The translations under genes and the position numbers were made by a program. Positions 1-10,951 of a stretch of DNA of 64,000 nucleotides are shown here, one piece after another. The stretch comes from Tetramitus jugosus (taxonomy: Eukaryota; Protista; Heterolobosea), in the NCBI GenBank assembly GCA_937625935.1, contig OW569374.1, forward strand, positions 404,238-468,237, written 5' to 3'. Position 1 is the stretch's first letter; the number at the start of each line of letters is the position of its first letter. Below the pieces are notes generated by a model. That model did no database searches, was not told the DNA's origin, and worked only from the letters and a program-made list of their open reading frames with translations.

Positions 1-640
1 TATAGAGTACATGGGTGCTTATTCCAACTCTCAAGACTTGTGGATCGTCATGGAGTACATGAGTGGTGGAAAGTTGACTGATTTGTTGCTCAATACTCAC
101 TTTTCTGAGCCAGAGATTGCCGCAGTGTGCAAGTACTGTCTCATTGCTCTCAAGTACTTGCATGATGGACAACGTATTCATCGTGATATCAAGTCTGACA
201 ATGTGTTGTTGGGTGCTGATGGTACTGTGAAGCTTGCTGATTTTGGTTTCTGTGCTGAATTGTCATCCACTGCTGACAAGAGAAGATCTGTTGTTGGTAC
301 GCCTTACTGGATGGCCCCTGAGGTCATTAGAGGTGTTGATTATGACACAAAGGTTGATATCTGGTCATTGGGTATCATGGCGCTTGAGATGGCTGATGGT
401 GAACCACCACTGTTGGATTTGCCTCCACTGAGAGCTCTGTTCATTATTGCGACTCAACCACCTCCATCATTGAGAGAGCCAGAAAAGTGGAGCTCAACAT
501 TCAAGGACTTTTTGGCTGCTGCTTTGGCCAAGAGTCCACAAAAGAGAGCTTCTGCTGACGAACTATTGGAACATCCATTTATTCAAAAGGCTTGCGATAC
601 CAAGTTCTTGGTTGATTTGTTGAAAAAGTACAAGAAGTAA
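1..640 (+). CDS. PAK/STE20-family Ser/Thr kinase, C-terminal part (5' truncated by the window edge)
   Basis: Motifs IHRDIKSDN, KLADFGFCA, KRRSVVGTPYWMAPEVI and DIWSLGIMALEMADGEPP are typical of PAKs. The frame is open back to the window start (IEYMGAY). Confidence 0.92.
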   Translation, partial: IEYMGAYSNSQDLWIVMEYMSGGKLTDLLLNTHFSEPEIAAVCKYCLIALKYLHDGQRIHRDIKSDNVLLGADGTVKLADFGFCAELSSTADKRRSVVGTPYWMAPEVIRGVDYDTKVDIWSLGIMALEMADGEPPLLDLPPLRALFIIATQPPPSLREPEKWSSTFKDFLAAALAKSPQKRASADELLEHPFIQKACDTKFLVDLLKKYKK

Positions 641-1028
641 GGGCTAGCCAAACACCCCTAACTAGTTTTTTTTGACTCTACCTCTACTCTCCCCCCCCTA
701 TGCATTGTGTGGATTGTGAATTGGTTTCAAGCACACAAGTTTGATATCCCCATCGTTCCTTCCCTCATTATTATCTAACGAGCCAACAAACAAATATTTA
801 TGATCATCAAAATCCTTGAATACGAATGTACAATAAAACCGAATCGATTAGTCAATCTTTTGACGGACCTGTCTTTGCCTCTTCTGGAGGTGTATGACGC
901 CGCCGTTGGCTCAAGCTTCCAATCTGGAGTTCACAGAACTCAGGAAACACACACAAAATACGCATTACACAATAGATTATCTTTTTTGTTGTTGCATGTT
1001 TGCATATTGTTGAGTGAAGAAGACAAGA

Positions 1029-2336
1029 ATGGAAAAAACAAGTATCAATTCAACCAATGTTGGTTGTTTGAATGAGCAATGCAGTAGTGGAGAAGAGATG
1101 ACAACAGAGAAGAGGAACGGCAGTGGATTGAGAGCTTTGATATCGAGAGTCATTCGGATTTTGTCATGGATATTTACGAGTCAAGTGTTTATTCATCTGT
1201 TGTTGCTTGGAAAGCAAGCAATATTGGCTGCATTTGGCTTAATTGGTCCCATCTCTCTAAAGCACATTGATCCATTTGTTTTTGCATGTGGTAGAATCTT
1301 TCTCATTTGTCTGACTGCTCCCATTCTGGCTGTCCTCTTTGATAGTCACTGGTGGTTCAAGAAATCATCGTACAACAAAGCCAGAGCTGTCGAGGAGGAT
1401 GACAGAGATTGTCTGTGGCCATTTTCACTCATTCGGATACCAGAGTGGCAGGACAGTATTCTGCTGTTGATTTGTGGCGCGCTGATGACGTGGAGTTCAT
1501 TTAGTTATGTGTTGGCGGTGAAGTGGACACCGTTTACGATTGTAGCGATCTTACAGCCTACCATGTCTGCATTTGCTTGTACATTCTCAGTTCTACTAGG
1601 TCGAGAGGGAATATCTATACCCAAGGCACTGGGTGTTGTACTGGCCGTAGCTGGATCCATTGGTACTCTTCTGACTGTGACATTAGTGGATAAGAATAAT
1701 TCTCACAAGAATCCAGGTCAATACTCCATGGCTCAAAAGGTCATTGGAGCACTTCTTGAATTGTCGAATTCCATTGTTCTCGCTCTGTATTTAGTGATAC
1801 AGAAGACTCTTCTCAATAGAGGGATGCCTCCCGTAACATTTGTTTCATGGGCCTTCGCGATTACATTTGGTTTCTCGATCATGGGTTCCGCTTACTTCTT
1901 CCGGTTTGTCTCATTTAGTACGATTCCATTACAAGCATGGCTCGGATTACTGTATGGTGGCTTAATAATTGGAACATTATCGTATGTTATAGGATCCTTT
2001 GCGTCCAAGCATACATCTCCGACAATTGTTGCCATTTATACCACTACAGCTCCGATTTACAGTGCTGTTTTTATGTATGTTTTCCGTGGGGAGACCACTA
2101 CCTGGTGGACTGTACCAAGTGGGATTGCAATTGGAGTAGGTGTGATTCTTGTTGCAGTTGGTAAACAAAGAGAGAATGCAAAGGAGAAGAAGAAAGCCAT
2201 TCTAAAGACAGAAGACAGTGAATCCGCGCAAGAAGAAAGCACAGAGGAACAAAGACTTTTAGATCCGGACAACAATATCCAGAATTACAGAGCAGAGACT
2301 ACTGATACCTTTGGAGATGCAGAGAAGCACACTTGA
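1029..2336 (+). CDS. DMT/EamA-family (WAT1-like) multi-pass transporter
   Basis: About 10 hydrophobic segments in two halves, with EamA-like LLGREGISIPKALGVVLAVAG and SPTIVAIY..TAPI. First ATG is at 1029. Confidence 0.8.
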   Translation: MEKTSINSTNVGCLNEQCSSGEEMTTEKRNGSGLRALISRVIRILSWIFTSQVFIHLLLLGKQAILAAFGLIGPISLKHIDPFVFACGRIFLICLTAPILAVLFDSHWWFKKSSYNKARAVEEDDRDCLWPFSLIRIPEWQDSILLLICGALMTWSSFSYVLAVKWTPFTIVAILQPTMSAFACTFSVLLGREGISIPKALGVVLAVAGSIGTLLTVTLVDKNNSHKNPGQYSMAQKVIGALLELSNSIVLALYLVIQKTLLNRGMPPVTFVSWAFAITFGFSIMGSAYFFRFVSFSTIPLQAWLGLLYGGLIIGTLSYVIGSFASKHTSPTIVAIYTTTAPIYSAVFMYVFRGETTTWWTVPSGIAIGVGVILVAVGKQRENAKEKKKAILKTEDSESAQEESTEEQRLLDPDNNIQNYRAETTDTFGDAEKHT

Positions 2337-2391
2337 ACTAAAAAGTTTTACCCGCCATTTTCCTTACAACAGATTCTGACAGCTGTCAAGT

Positions 2392-3162
2392 TTATTCTAA
2401 CTTGGGAGTTTCTGTTTGCTCCAGTTGATCGTTTTCTTCTTTTCTTCTCTTCTTATCTGGGGACGCCAACTCAAACACTTCTTCTTCAGTTTCTTCTCTA
2501 GCTCTCTTCTTTTCTGGAGACAATGAAGTGCTACTCTGAGAAGTCTCTTCTTCCTTATTCTTATGACTCTTGTTAACACGCTTCTTGTGAAACTGAGCCA
2601 ACGCCTCACTCAATTTCCCTCTAATGTACTTTATCTCTCTGTCTCTAAAAAAGTAAAACTCATTCTTGGCTGCACTACAAATGCTCTCTATCTGAGTTTC
2701 CGGTAATGGCTTGCGATCCGATGGCTTCTTACCAGGTATGCAATACGAGTACACATTGGGCTCAAACTCTAACTCTTGAGCAATCACAGAGAGCATCGTA
2801 GACAAGATGACACTGGCTTGATTAGACCTTAGCTTCTTGTCTTGTTCACTTGTTACAACATAAAACTTGTTGTTATATGTGAAGCCTGTTTTGGGTAATG
2901 ATGATATCGATGAAGTGAAATCATAACCGGACTCACCAACAACAGAAGCCGCAGCAACATCTTTTTCATCGTCGAACAAGAGCCTTTTGGCCTTGTCAGC
3001 TTCACGCCTCAAGTTTCCAAAGTGATCATTGATGAAAGCTCGATGTCGTATGACAAGGGTCCTTAATTGGTTGTTCTCTTGTTCTAGGGCCGTGATTCGT
3101 TCGTAAGCTTTTTCTAGATCACTGTTTGCCCAGACTTCGACTTCCGTTGTTTGCAATGTCAT
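2392..3162 (-). CDS. Hypothetical nuclear protein: N-terminal coiled coil plus possible BEN-like domain
   Basis: First ATG at 3162 (MTLQTTE). Contains a heptad segment (LEKAYERITALEQENNQLR), NLS-like PEKKRAR and PDKKRRK, and a BEN-like helical block. Confidence 0.6.
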   Translation of the reverse strand: MTLQTTEVEVWANSDLEKAYERITALEQENNQLRTLVIRHRAFINDHFGNLRREADKAKRLLFDDEKDVAAASVVGESGYDFTSSISSLPKTGFTYNNKFYVVTSEQDKKLRSNQASVILSTMLSVIAQELEFEPNVYSYCIPGKKPSDRKPLPETQIESICSAAKNEFYFFRDREIKYIRGKLSEALAQFHKKRVNKSHKNKEEETSQSSTSLSPEKKRAREETEEEVFELASPDKKRRKEENDQLEQTETPKLE

Positions 3163-3532
3163 TGACACTCGTTTTTGTGAAAAAACCCGTGTGAAATTTC
3201 TCCGAAGACTGGTGAAAAGATGGACCTGTTGTTTCTCAGAGATTAGGCTCGCCCATATGCGTGTATTGAACACAGCACAAGTAGTGGTATATACCTAACG
3301 AGGTTAGAAGGCACTCAAATTCAATTGGTTGACGGCAAAAGGAAATACATTACGGTGAAATCTTTTTGTTCTTGCTGCTGCGCACTTGGACAATTGACAC
3401 GCGGTCAACGAACCAAAGCCGTCTGGCTTTTTCGAAATTAGAAAAAGAACCGACATGTATCGGGAAAAAACCGAAAAGAAGAAGCAAAGCAATCAAGCGA
3501 CCCAAGCATAGCTACAGCACAAGCCAACAAAC

Positions 3533-4885
3533 ATGAGTCTCAGCGATTACAAGTTCCGTATCGAAGCCATTTATGACAACTTGGATGCAAGAGCAGCCTT
3601 CCTCGATTACCTCAAGGGTTCCAGCACAGCAGAGCCATTACAACTGTTTATCGCAGCAGACGAGTATTATCAACTGAGATTGGACAAGAATCGATACCAG
3701 AAAGCCAAGGAAATCATGTCTCAGTTTATCGTACCGAATGCACCCAATGAGCTAAACCTTGCCGGCACCATACGAAAACAAGTCATGGAGCAATTTGCGC
3801 TGATTGAGCAACAGCATCAAGCACAGTTGCACAAGGGAGAAGAAGAAGACTTGGTGTGCCCGAGAAATTTGTTTGAAGTCGTGCAGGACAATTGTTTTTT
3901 CGAGTTGAAAGAAGACAGCTTTCCAAGGTTTATCAAATCGGATCATTTTCAAAAATTGGTGGCTCGAGAGCAGAAGAAGGATGTTGGTTTCTTGTCAAAG
4001 ATTGGAGCGAGGAGGTCCATGATATTGAGCAATGGTTTGCACAATCAGAGTTTTGTTGGTGTCGATGACCATAGTGTGTTAATGTTGTGTGACAGTGAGA
4101 ACAATATTTCAGAGTATGATGTACAGATGGCACTGAAGCTGGTAGGTGAAGTGGACGATAGAATCTGGGAACCCGTCAAGGGTGAGAATGATCGGCAAAT
4201 GTACTGTACCAAAGATTTGGTACATTTTCAAACAGATCCAAACTCTACGACCAAGGCTATTAGAACAGAAGTATTACTGCAAGCTGATTTATCCACTGTC
4301 GTATACTACTTTATGGACACTAGTGGGGGTAGATCGATTGATAAGTTTGTGGGCGCTGCTCATCTTGTGGAGTACAGAGAGGAGTACAATAATGAAAAGA
4401 TTCCTTATGCTTGTTCAATCACATTGAGCAATGCCAAGTTTCCCTTGATTGCATCCAGAGAAATATTAACAGCTGCTACTTGGATACCAAGAAAATACAA
4501 TGCAGAGAGAAAGGATTTTGATCAGTATCTGTTTATAACCAAGTCGGTCGATCATCCAGACCATCCTCCTCCAAAGGGAAAGCGTAGTTTAAGTACTGTT
4601 AGAGCTGATATGTATCGTGTTCAAATGTTTGAAAGAATCGCTCCCAATATTACTCGGATGACATTAGTATTCGCAATGAACCCTCGAGGATTCATCAGTA
4701 GGAAAATTCTGGTGAAGATTGTAGCAAAGCAACGAAAGGGTATCATTGAGGCAATGTCTCACGATCTCAATGAGAAAAAGAAGAATATTAGGGTGCCCAT
4801 CAACTCGAACGGCATGGTGGATGCAATCAAATCATACATCTCGAGAAACAGAGAAGAGTTCAAAGAGGGAACTCCTTTCGATTAG
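3533..4885 (+). CDS. RGS domain + START-like lipid-binding domain protein
   Basis: RGS: AFLDYLK..STAEPLQLF, FIVPNAPNELNL, LFEVVQ..ELKEDSFPRF. C-terminal START-like: KFPLIASREIL, KSVDHPDHPP, VRAD, MNPRG. Confidence 0.8.
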   Translation: MSLSDYKFRIEAIYDNLDARAAFLDYLKGSSTAEPLQLFIAADEYYQLRLDKNRYQKAKEIMSQFIVPNAPNELNLAGTIRKQVMEQFALIEQQHQAQLHKGEEEDLVCPRNLFEVVQDNCFFELKEDSFPRFIKSDHFQKLVAREQKKDVGFLSKIGARRSMILSNGLHNQSFVGVDDHSVLMLCDSENNISEYDVQMALKLVGEVDDRIWEPVKGENDRQMYCTKDLVHFQTDPNSTTKAIRTEVLLQADLSTVVYYFMDTSGGRSIDKFVGAAHLVEYREEYNNEKIPYACSITLSNAKFPLIASREILTAATWIPRKYNAERKDFDQYLFITKSVDHPDHPPPKGKRSLSTVRADMYRVQMFERIAPNITRMTLVFAMNPRGFISRKILVKIVAKQRKGIIEAMSHDLNEKKKNIRVPINSNGMVDAIKSYISRNREEFKEGTPFD

Positions 4886-5177
4886 GAAATAAAAACAATT
4901 ATTACATGTTTTCCAAGGTATTTATGTCATAATAGCCTATGCACGGACATAGTCAATGTAGCCATTGTATTTCCTCTGGCAATACGTCACCTGACCGTTT
5001 TGTTCGGAATTTCAACGGCCTTACAAAAAAAATCGCCAAGAAATTTCTATTTTTTGGCAAAGAGGGAGAAAACAATCTGATCGGGAAGACTCTTCAAGCT
5101 TTCACCGACGACAAACAAGCCGATACCAAACCACAAAACAACAAGTAGAAATACATACGTTTTTTGTTTCTCAGAGA

Positions 5178-7452
5178 ATGTCGTCGTCCAGTGAACCAGA
5201 TCGCAGTGAGAACAACAATGAAAACAATGTTGATCAATTATCTATTGACAACTATGCAGTGATTGGCAACATGAGAACAAGTTGTCTCGTTGGAACAGAT
5301 GGCTCTATTGATTGGTGCTGTTTCCCATATTTCAGCAGTCCAGCAGTCTTTGCCAAGATTTTGGACGTTGATAAGGGAGGATATTTCAGTGTGAGACCTC
5401 AATCACCTGATTATATTCCAAAGCAACATTATTGGTAAGTTTTTTTAGATGATTGTGAAGTAGTGACTGTGATCCTTGTCGTCCTTTCCAGTGGAGAGCT
5501 GTAGGCAGGATATTTTGGCGCCCAAAATTTTTTTGTCATCTTTACAATGTCAATATTCATGATTTAAGCTTCGACAGCTAACACATCTCGCATAACAATT
5601 TAGGCCAGATTCCAATGTGTTGGTTACAAAGTTCCTAATGGACGAAGGTGTTGGTCAAGTGGTTGATTTCATGCCAGTGAGTCAAGGTAAATCTGCTTCT
5701 TCTGCAGCAGTGGCAACTCCAAAGACTCCTACGTCACCAATGTCACAGCCTCTAAGCAGCTCTAGTTCCTTTGCCGGTGCCAAGAGAGACACGAGAGATC
5801 CAAGTGCTGATTTCACTGATACGATTGTGAGAAGAATCGAAGTCGTTCATGGTGTTCTTCATTTCACAATGGAGTGTTTCCCTGCTTTCAACTATGCATT
5901 GGACAGTCACAGTGTCAAGGTAAATGAAAGTGGAACAAGAGCCATCTTCAAATCTGGAAAATTGACATTGGAGCTCCAGTGTTCTTTGCCATGTCTCAAG
6001 ATTTGCGACAGTGGCGTCGTTGGAAACTTTTATCTCAATTCAAATGAACCAGATCAAAAGATTTGCATGTTCATTTTGAAGCAAGTGAATACTGCGGACA
6101 GCGATGAGTCGTTGAATGATGAGGACATTGAGAGTGAACAAAATGTAGTGTATTTTGCTGATAATGCACTGATTGATACCATTTCATTCTGGCAGAACTG
6201 GGTCAGCAAGATCTCCTACCAGGGCAGATATAGAGAGAAGGTGTGTCGATCTGCATTAGCCATGAAACTAATGATGTTTGAGCCTACAGGAGCCATTATT
6301 TCTTCACCTACGACCTCTCTGCCTAAAGTAATTGGTGGTCACAGAAACTATGATTATCGATTCACATGGATTCGTGATGCTTGCTTTGCAATTGAAGCCT
6401 TCTTGAAATTGGGATGCTACACTGAAGCAACTCAGATTATGCAGTTTATTAAAAACGCTTGGACTGCACAATCTTCCACCGCCAATACTACTACGGCGGC
6501 AGTGAAGGATGACAATAGTCACACTGCTCTATCATTGGGTGCTCCTCTGAGCGTCATGTACAATATCAATGGAACTACAAAGTCTGTAGAGGAACAAGCC
6601 GAGCGATTGGATCACTTGAGAGGATACAAGAACTCGAGACCTGTTCGTGTGGGTAACGCAGCCAGTACTCACTTGGAGTTTGATATATTTGGTGAATTGT
6701 TGGATGTTATGTACAAGTATGACCAACAAGCAGCTCCAATATCTTATGAGCTTTGGAGACGATTGAGAGAGACTGTGGATTGGGTGTGTGAGCACTGGTC
6801 GAAGCCTGACGCTTCTATTTGGGAAATTAGAGGTGTAAATCAACACTATGTCCACTCAAAGGTTATGTGTTGGGTTGCTATTGATCGTGCGATCAAGTTG
6901 TCCATTCATAGATCATTTCCATGTGACAGAGAGAGATGGTTAGGTGTGAGAGATGAGATCTTTGAAGATGTGATGAAGAATGGTTGGAACGAAGAGGTAG
7001 GCAGCTTTGTTCAGTGTTATGGAAGCAAGACACTGGATGTCAGTCTTTTGATTCTTCCAGTTGTTGATTTCTTGTCACCACATGATCCAAAGATCATTTC
7101 CACCATCAACGCAATCAACAGATCTCCAAAGAGAGGTGGTTTGGTCTCCTCCAATCTCGTGTACCGTTACGACACCTCTTCTCTCGGAAGCCATGAGGGT
7201 ACTAGAGAAGGTACCTTTAATATGTGTTCCATGTGGCTCATCAATGCACTAACACTAGCTGGAAAGACAGACAGTGCAATGCTTCACCAGGCACAGCTAC
7301 TGTTTGAGCAAATGTTGACGTACAGCAACAGAGTGGGTCTCTTTTCAGAACAGACTTCTTTTGGTGGTGCGTCCTTGGGTAACTTCCCTCATTGCAATAC
7401 CCATGCTTCTCTGATTAATACTGCCATTTCATTGAATGACATGCTGGGTTAA
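5178..7452 (+). CDS. Glycoside hydrolase family 15 (bacterial-type trehalase/glucoamylase-like); exons 5178-5434 and 5604-7452
   Basis: Motifs YAVIGNMRT..DGSIDWCC.P, PTTSLP..GG.RNYDYRFTWIRD, IWEIRG, HSKVMCWVA and GLFSEQ..LGNFP. Intron 5435-5603 (GTAAGT..GCTAAC..TAG) joins in frame as KQHYW|PDSNVL. Confidence 0.9.
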
Positions 7453-7660
7453 CTCAAATAAATTATTGTCACTACCATCAATACAACTTGCTCATCACAA
7501 TTCTTGACAGTGCTTGCCTTCTTCAGACTAGGCAGAGAGAATATGACAAAAATTACATCCGCGACAGAGTTGATATATGTCTTGTGTGCTGCCTTGATCC
7601 AGTACCTCTTGGTTGAGCAAGAAAACGAAAACACAGTGTGAAGCGAAGGTCATCAACTGT

Positions 7661-8020
7661 TCACATCAACAAAAGAGAAACAGAAGCAATACGAGCCTCA
7701 TTGAGACATAATGTACAGATAACCAGGGCCAATGTAAATGAAAGACAGTTGGTTGTATAAAAAAAACAATTTGTCGGACCTTTCTTTGTAATAATGACTT
7801 GATTTCTGATGTCCCTTGAAAACAAGATACACTTGCCATGGTTGTTGCCAGTGCATGTATGTGCGTTTCTGCGCATGTAAAATCCGATGAGAGCGCATCT
7901 CGCCAGAGTGTCATGAAACTCCACATGTAGATTCTGTCCGCTGAGTGCACTGGTTTCTATGTACATACAGTTGCGGTGTTTTGCCATGCATTCTCCCTCT
8001 TCGTGCGTGACCATATCCAA
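7661..8020 (-). pseudogene. C-terminal remnant of a Ras/Rho-like small GTPase
   Basis: VTHEEGECMAK..YIETSALSGQNL is G5-like, and GKCIL is CaaX-like. There are no G1-G4 motifs upstream, where an in-frame stop lies, and no stop after the CaaX. Confidence 0.45.
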
Positions 8021-8329
8021 AACATTCGATAACGGATGAGAGAGCCTGTTTGGTAGTAGTCAACAATGAATATGTTTGGAGTACTTGGTCAAAGCTTTGG
8101 AAACAAGTAATCTAACTTGTTCTCAGATGTTACCTTCTCATTATTAGCGGTTGGGTTAGGTTTAACGCTTTTTCTATCTTGTAGGAGGATGCTCCTTTTC
8201 CGTTATGGGATTGCGGCATGGTCGAAAATAGTAGACTTAAATCTGTGGACATTTTCTTTGGGATTTCAAGGTTGACAACTTATTGGTAATATCGAGCAGC
8301 GGTGGACCATGATGTCGATTTGTTTCTGC

Positions 8330-10951
8330 TTAGCGACTCATCTCATTCACGATTGTCAATGACTCTTGAAGACCTAACCTTTCCTCCATTTTAGCAAGCA
8401 GCCCAGATACAAGTCGTGCAAAGAGAGCTGCAAAGTCTGAACCAAAATATTTTGGAAGAGAATCCCCGGAAATGTACCTTCCAATCTCATCAATATAATC
8501 CATGTAATGCTCCTCATCGGGTACAGGCATGAACCACTCTGTGTTTGTGATTACCAGTCTTGCATAATGAGCAAACACAACACCAACAGAAAACAGGTCG
8601 TTCATTGGCCCTATAGTTGTATCTATCTTTCGTGCCGCAAATGGTTTTGTTCCATAGGTTATCCATCTAAAAGCTGTCTGACCCACCTCAAATGTTCTTC
8701 CAAAGTTAAAGTCAATCAGTACTGGATCACACAACTCAAACTCTTTTCCTCCTTCGTGATTCTTCAGAGTTGTACCTGCCAGTCTAAACATCACATTCGA
8801 CAATGAAAGATCGTGGTGAAGCACACCAACAGAGTGAGTTTGCTTTAATCCTTGTAGAATTCCCTTGAAAGTGCGACAGATAACCTTCTTCTGTTGAGAA
8901 ACACTTAAACGACGAAATGAATGATCAAAGTAGTCATCGTAAGCGATTAATGGCTCAGTGATAGTGACATAACAGAGTGGCTCCACGTCATAAGTTTCAA
9001 CCATCGTTTTCATCCAATCAGGGAACAAATTGATCTCAAAGTGGCTGTACACTTTGGATATATTAACATGGTTTAACTCTTTGATGCGAGCCATTACAGT
9101 CTTTTCCCTCGATTCGCCCAATGATATTTTTGCAAATGCACGTCCCTCAGGTCTCATGACCATGAATGCGTATGTTCGATCAGTTTTCTCCAACACAGAT
9201 ACTTTGACCAAGTTGAGCTTTCTCTCGATCCTCTGAATGCTGCAATAATAGCTATTCTGAGAGCAAGGCACCGATGAGTTAGTTCCTGTGTTTGACGAGT
9301 TGTCGTTATTAGGATTTGGTTGCTTCGTTTGTGATTTTGGGGGTTCAAAGTCGTGAGATGCATCATCTTTAGTATTGGATTCCTCATTATCGCTCTGATC
9401 ATCTGGCAGGTCGAAGGATAAAGCATGGGCGGATGCTATGTGAGTAGCTGTGACACACATTTCTTGGTCATCCTCTCGCCAAACCACTATAGATTTGGGA
9501 AAACTTGCCTCTCCAAATACATAACAGTCACCTTTCGGTGATTGAACGAGAGCAACGATATGCTTACGCATTAAAGCAAGAAGTGCAAGCTCGGTACGAG
9601 TATCTTGACCCCACCTGTGCGCTATCGTACTCAAGTAAGCCTTCAAGGTCTTCACGTCATTGTCGCAGACTTGTTCAAACAAGGGAGTTAGTCTCAGAGC
9701 ACGTAATACTTCACTTCTTGTAACAGTGGCTATATCAATGTCACTATCGTAATATTCTGTGGAAGGATTTATGCTTGGATATGTCCGTTTGGCAGCAGTT
9801 GTTGAAATTTTCTTGGCTTTTGCACTGTTCATCCATTTAAACTCGTCCTCTCCTTTTGCAGGTTTATAATGGCTCCAATAACTGCAAACTCGATATCCAA
9901 TTTCCCAAAGGAGCACGAGACAAGCTTTCATATCAGCTGGTTCGTTATACTTGTAAATCTTTGAATGTTGTAAGCGGTAGTGAACAGCATTCTCTTGATC
10001 TTCGCTGACAATTTCAGTTGAGATTGAGAGAATACATAGACCATCAGATCCTGCGAGAATACCATACAACTCCAATTTCTTGGCGGCTTCACTGCTTAAT
10101 GACAAATTTTCAATAATATGCTTGAGCATGCATCGCATCTCAAAACACACTTTCATAAAGTCTTTGTGAGCAAATATATTACTACCCATCGCACTACGTT
10201 GTACTTCAACGGTAAGCACATAGATGGGAGAAAGAGAATTTTGGAAAACAGATGTGAAGGCCTCACTTAATTCTAAGGTAATATCAGCTCTCAGAAAGTG
10301 TTTAGCCTTTGTAGCTAGTTGTGCCCGATTTTCCTGTAAGTGTAGTTCGATTGTAGGACAATCATACTTTTGGTCACAGTCAATAATGAATACCTTCGGA
10401 ATTACTTGCTCCAACGCCCGGACAATCAAAAATCCAACTGTATACGAATGAATTGTTCTCTCAGAGATACCATGGCACTGTGATATCTGGCTAATAAATG
10501 AGAAGGTGTTACTGTGATCTGCCTCCTCAATGTTCTTCTTTGCTTTTTCAAACTCGCCCGAGTGAAGGACATCATGGGAACTCTTGGTTTCGATAGAGAG
10601 TTTCATCAATTCATCAGGATAGTACTTGATGTGCCACGAATTCAAAAATTGTCCCACTACTGTCTTTGGATCAATTTTATGCGCAGCATTGTGGTTGTCA
10701 ATGACAGAATCCACATTCTTAAGACTTGGGTTCATGAATAGATCAACTGATAATGGAATTTCTTCTTCAACTGATTCATAGAGATTTCTAAGTATGGAAA
10801 TGTTCAATGTGTTCAACTTGTTTGCTATGATTTGCCGTTCCTGTTCTTCATTTGGGGAGGCTTCCTCATGTGTGCTTGCTATCTTAATCTTTTTTGTTGG
10901 ATGTTCTCGCACTTCCTTTTCACAACAGGCTATTTCCTTGCGTTTCGTCAT
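8330..10951 (-). CDS. Crinkler-like protein: putative restriction-endonuclease-fold domain + fungal-type (FunK1-like) protein kinase
   Basis: Kinase: LHHDLSLSNVM, LIDFNFG, GTKPFAA, DLFSVG. Central block: ADI..VEVQR..KDFMKVCFEMRCML..LYGILAG. Confidence 0.65.
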   Translation of the reverse strand: MTKRKEIACCEKEVREHPTKKIKIASTHEEASPNEEQERQIIANKLNTLNISILRNLYESVEEEIPLSVDLFMNPSLKNVDSVIDNHNAAHKIDPKTVVGQFLNSWHIKYYPDELMKLSIETKSSHDVLHSGEFEKAKKNIEEADHSNTFSFISQISQCHGISERTIHSYTVGFLIVRALEQVIPKVFIIDCDQKYDCPTIELHLQENRAQLATKAKHFLRADITLELSEAFTSVFQNSLSPIYVLTVEVQRSAMGSNIFAHKDFMKVCFEMRCMLKHIIENLSLSSEAAKKLELYGILAGSDGLCILSISTEIVSEDQENAVHYRLQHSKIYKYNEPADMKACLVLLWEIGYRVCSYWSHYKPAKGEDEFKWMNSAKAKKISTTAAKRTYPSINPSTEYYDSDIDIATVTRSEVLRALRLTPLFEQVCDNDVKTLKAYLSTIAHRWGQDTRTELALLALMRKHIVALVQSPKGDCYVFGEASFPKSIVVWREDDQEMCVTATHIASAHALSFDLPDDQSDNEESNTKDDASHDFEPPKSQTKQPNPNNDNSSNTGTNSSVPCSQNSYYCSIQRIERKLNLVKVSVLEKTDRTYAFMVMRPEGRAFAKISLGESREKTVMARIKELNHVNISKVYSHFEINLFPDWMKTMVETYDVEPLCYVTITEPLIAYDDYFDHSFRRLSVSQQKKVICRTFKGILQGLKQTHSVGVLHHDLSLSNVMFRLAGTTLKNHEGGKEFELCDPVLIDFNFGRTFEVGQTAFRWITYGTKPFAARKIDTTIGPMNDLFSVGVVFAHYARLVITNTEWFMPVPDEEHYMDYIDEIGRYISGDSLPKYFGSDFAALFARLVSGLLAKMEERLGLQESLTIVNEMSR

